Origin: Owenia fusiformis
Lineage: Eukaryota
Direction of reading: 5' to 3'
Assembly: GCA_903813345.2 (NCBI GenBank)
Contig: CAIIXF020000001.1
Location: forward strand, 14,136,001 to 14,200,000
DNA length: 64,000 nt
The translations under genes were made by a program, and so were the position numbers. The notes under the pieces are model-generated. The model was not told the DNA's origin, did no database searches, and saw nothing but the letters and a program-made list of their open reading frames with translations. How positions within the stretch are numbered: the first letter of the stretch is position 1; the number at the start of each line of letters is the position of its first letter. This document shows, one piece after another, positions 62,141 to 64,000 of this stretch.

Positions 62141-63670
62141 GAATTTTTGACCGGAAGTCGGATTCAAATTTGGTTTGCAGATTTAGATTCCTGAGAAAAT
62201 TCTACCCTTTATTCATAACTCTAAGTTAAATTATGAGAACTTTTTTTTTTTACCTACTTTACGGACACCATATCTCAAAAGTGGGTCAAAATACTTTCTG
62301 ACGGCAAAAGGCTCTCACTATTAGCACACTATTTGCTACCTGTATACAAATTTTTGAAGCAAATCCTAAAAGTGTAGTGCCAGAATCGCAAAAATAAGGA
62401 AAAACTATGAATTTGACCTAGATTTTGACCTAGGCATTTTGGTGTCCATATATTGAAACTAGGTAGCTTTTGAGGTCCCTTTCTTTTATAGGAATTCATT
62501 ATCTTAAGCTGTACTCAATCTATATCTCGTATTTTACACTTCAAAAAAATCTTTTTTCCTTGACTTTCTATAAGGATACCATCAGATCGATTTTCCGAAA
62601 TTTCAAAACGCCATAACTTCCGAACCGGAAGTAGGATCGAAATTTGATTTAAAGATTCGGATTCCTGACAAAATTCTACCCCTAATTCATAACTCATACG
62701 TTAAATTTGGCGAATTTTTATTTTGACCTACTTTTCGGACACGCCATAACTTTGGAACCGGAAGTCGGATCGAAATTTAGTTTGCAGATTCGGATTCCTG
62801 AGAAAATTCTACTCTTAACTCATAACTCATATGTTAAATTTGGAGACTTTTTTATTTTGACCTACTTTTCGGACACCATATCTCAAAAGTGGGTCACAAT
62901 ACTCTCTGACGGCAAAAGGCTAACACTATTAGCACACTCTTTGCTACATGTATACAAAATTTTGAAGCAAATCATTAAAGTGTAGTGTCAGAATCGCAAA
63001 AAGAAGGAAAAACTATGAATTTGGCCTAGATTTTGACCTAGGCATTTTGGTGTCCAAATATTGAAACTAAATAGCTTTTGAGGTTCCTTTCTTTTATAGA
63101 AGTTCATTATCTTTAGCTATACTCAGTCTATATCTCGTATTTTACACTTCAAAAAAGTCTTTTTTCCCATTGACTTAACATGAGGCACCAAATTTAGCGA
63201 TTTTGAGCTTTCAAACCGCCATAACTTCCGAACCAGAAGTCGGATCGAAATTTGGTTTGCAGATTCGGATTCCTGAGAAAATTCTACCCTTATTTCATAG
63301 CTCATTTGTTAAATTTGGAGAACTTCTTTAGTTTGACCTACTTTCTGGACGCCATATCTCAAAATCCGTAAGAGTAATCAAAAAACGGATGGCACACTCT
63401 CGATTTGTTTTTTTCTAAGCTACATGTTGAAAAAAAGATGAAGGAGTAAGGACAAACACCAACGAAGATAATTGACAGATTATTGATTTGACCTTAATTT
63501 GACCTAGTTCTTGACCTTTGACCTAGATAAAAAATTGACCTAATTTCCCAGAAACTAGGTTGATGGGCTATGTTGGCCATGTAAGTAGGTTAAAGTAAGT
63601 TCTTCTAGTTGCTGAGAAAAAGTGTTCGGAAAGAAAGAAAGAAAGAATAATAAGAAAACTGGCAAAAGCA
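62141..63670 (+). mobile_element. Composite repeat with ~608-bp tandem duplication and Helentron/HINE-like end
   Basis: ~62150-62750 is repeated at ~62757-63360. The subunit CCGGAAGT.GGAT..AAATTT..TT...AGATT..GATTCCTGA.AAAATTCTAC occurs 4 times. It ends with TTTGACCT repeats and (AAAG)n, similar to a shorter tract at ~18520-18620. Confidence 0.6.
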
Positions 63671-64000
63671 ATAGACTCCAGATTTTCAATCTGGAGTCTA
63701 ATAAGGAGAAGGTCAATCAACAACACAATATTGATTATGGTGAAGATGAATCATGTAAAGTTACATATAAAGCAGCATCAAAATGTTCTTTTATTCTTGT
63801 AAATGAAAATGAAACTGAAAACTATTGATTCCATTTCCTCGAAACAAAACTCACAAAACTAAACATATATAAGGTTGGTATAAAGTGACTTATCTTTGTC
63901 CTTTGTACTTTGTCCCAAGAGTAAGGAATGTATGAATATAAAGCAGCATTAAAATGTCATACCTGTTCTTTTATTCTTGTAAATAAAAATGAAACTGAAA

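Noticed and set aside
61906-62167. Repetitive ORFs (LPTQ/LLTQ and ATYS repeats)
   Set aside because: Translations of the 12-bp minisatellite, with no splice or homology support.

Overview
AT-rich, intron-containing animal genomic DNA, probably an invertebrate; no prokaryotic features were seen. Host genes were rebuilt by hand from GT-AG splice sites and reading-frame phase: a 2-exon CHST11-like sulfotransferase (+, 819-2214); 16-exon TMEM214 (-, 3467-13085); a 10-exon ZAD-like/8xC2H2 zinc-finger gene (-, 24506-42728) with an intronless class A GPCR nested antisense in intron 2; 8 coding exons of NF-YC (+, 44238-48416), head-to-head with the ZNF gene; a 4-exon CHST1-like sulfotransferase (+, 52941-56300); and the 3' part of an ENPP gene (-, 58366->60865). 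The most notable content is nested DNA transposons. (1) A full-length 7.36-kb ISL2EU-type element (13901-21256, AT TSD) carries a THAP-DDE transposase broken by a 2-bp deletion at a catalytic Asp and an apparently intact, convergent 5-exon SAP-SWIM-YqaJ nuclease gene; it lies inside a Kolobok-like element (13496-23331). (2) Two Academ-like foldback elements with ~700-bp arms, TAC...GTA ends and 3-bp TSDs sit in ZNF introns; one appears built from two copies of the 3' end and holds a 9-bp-TSD MULE that itself holds a MITE. Many MITEs, LINE fragments and minisatellites are also present. All family assignments come from recognising motifs, termini and TSDs by eye, not from database searches.
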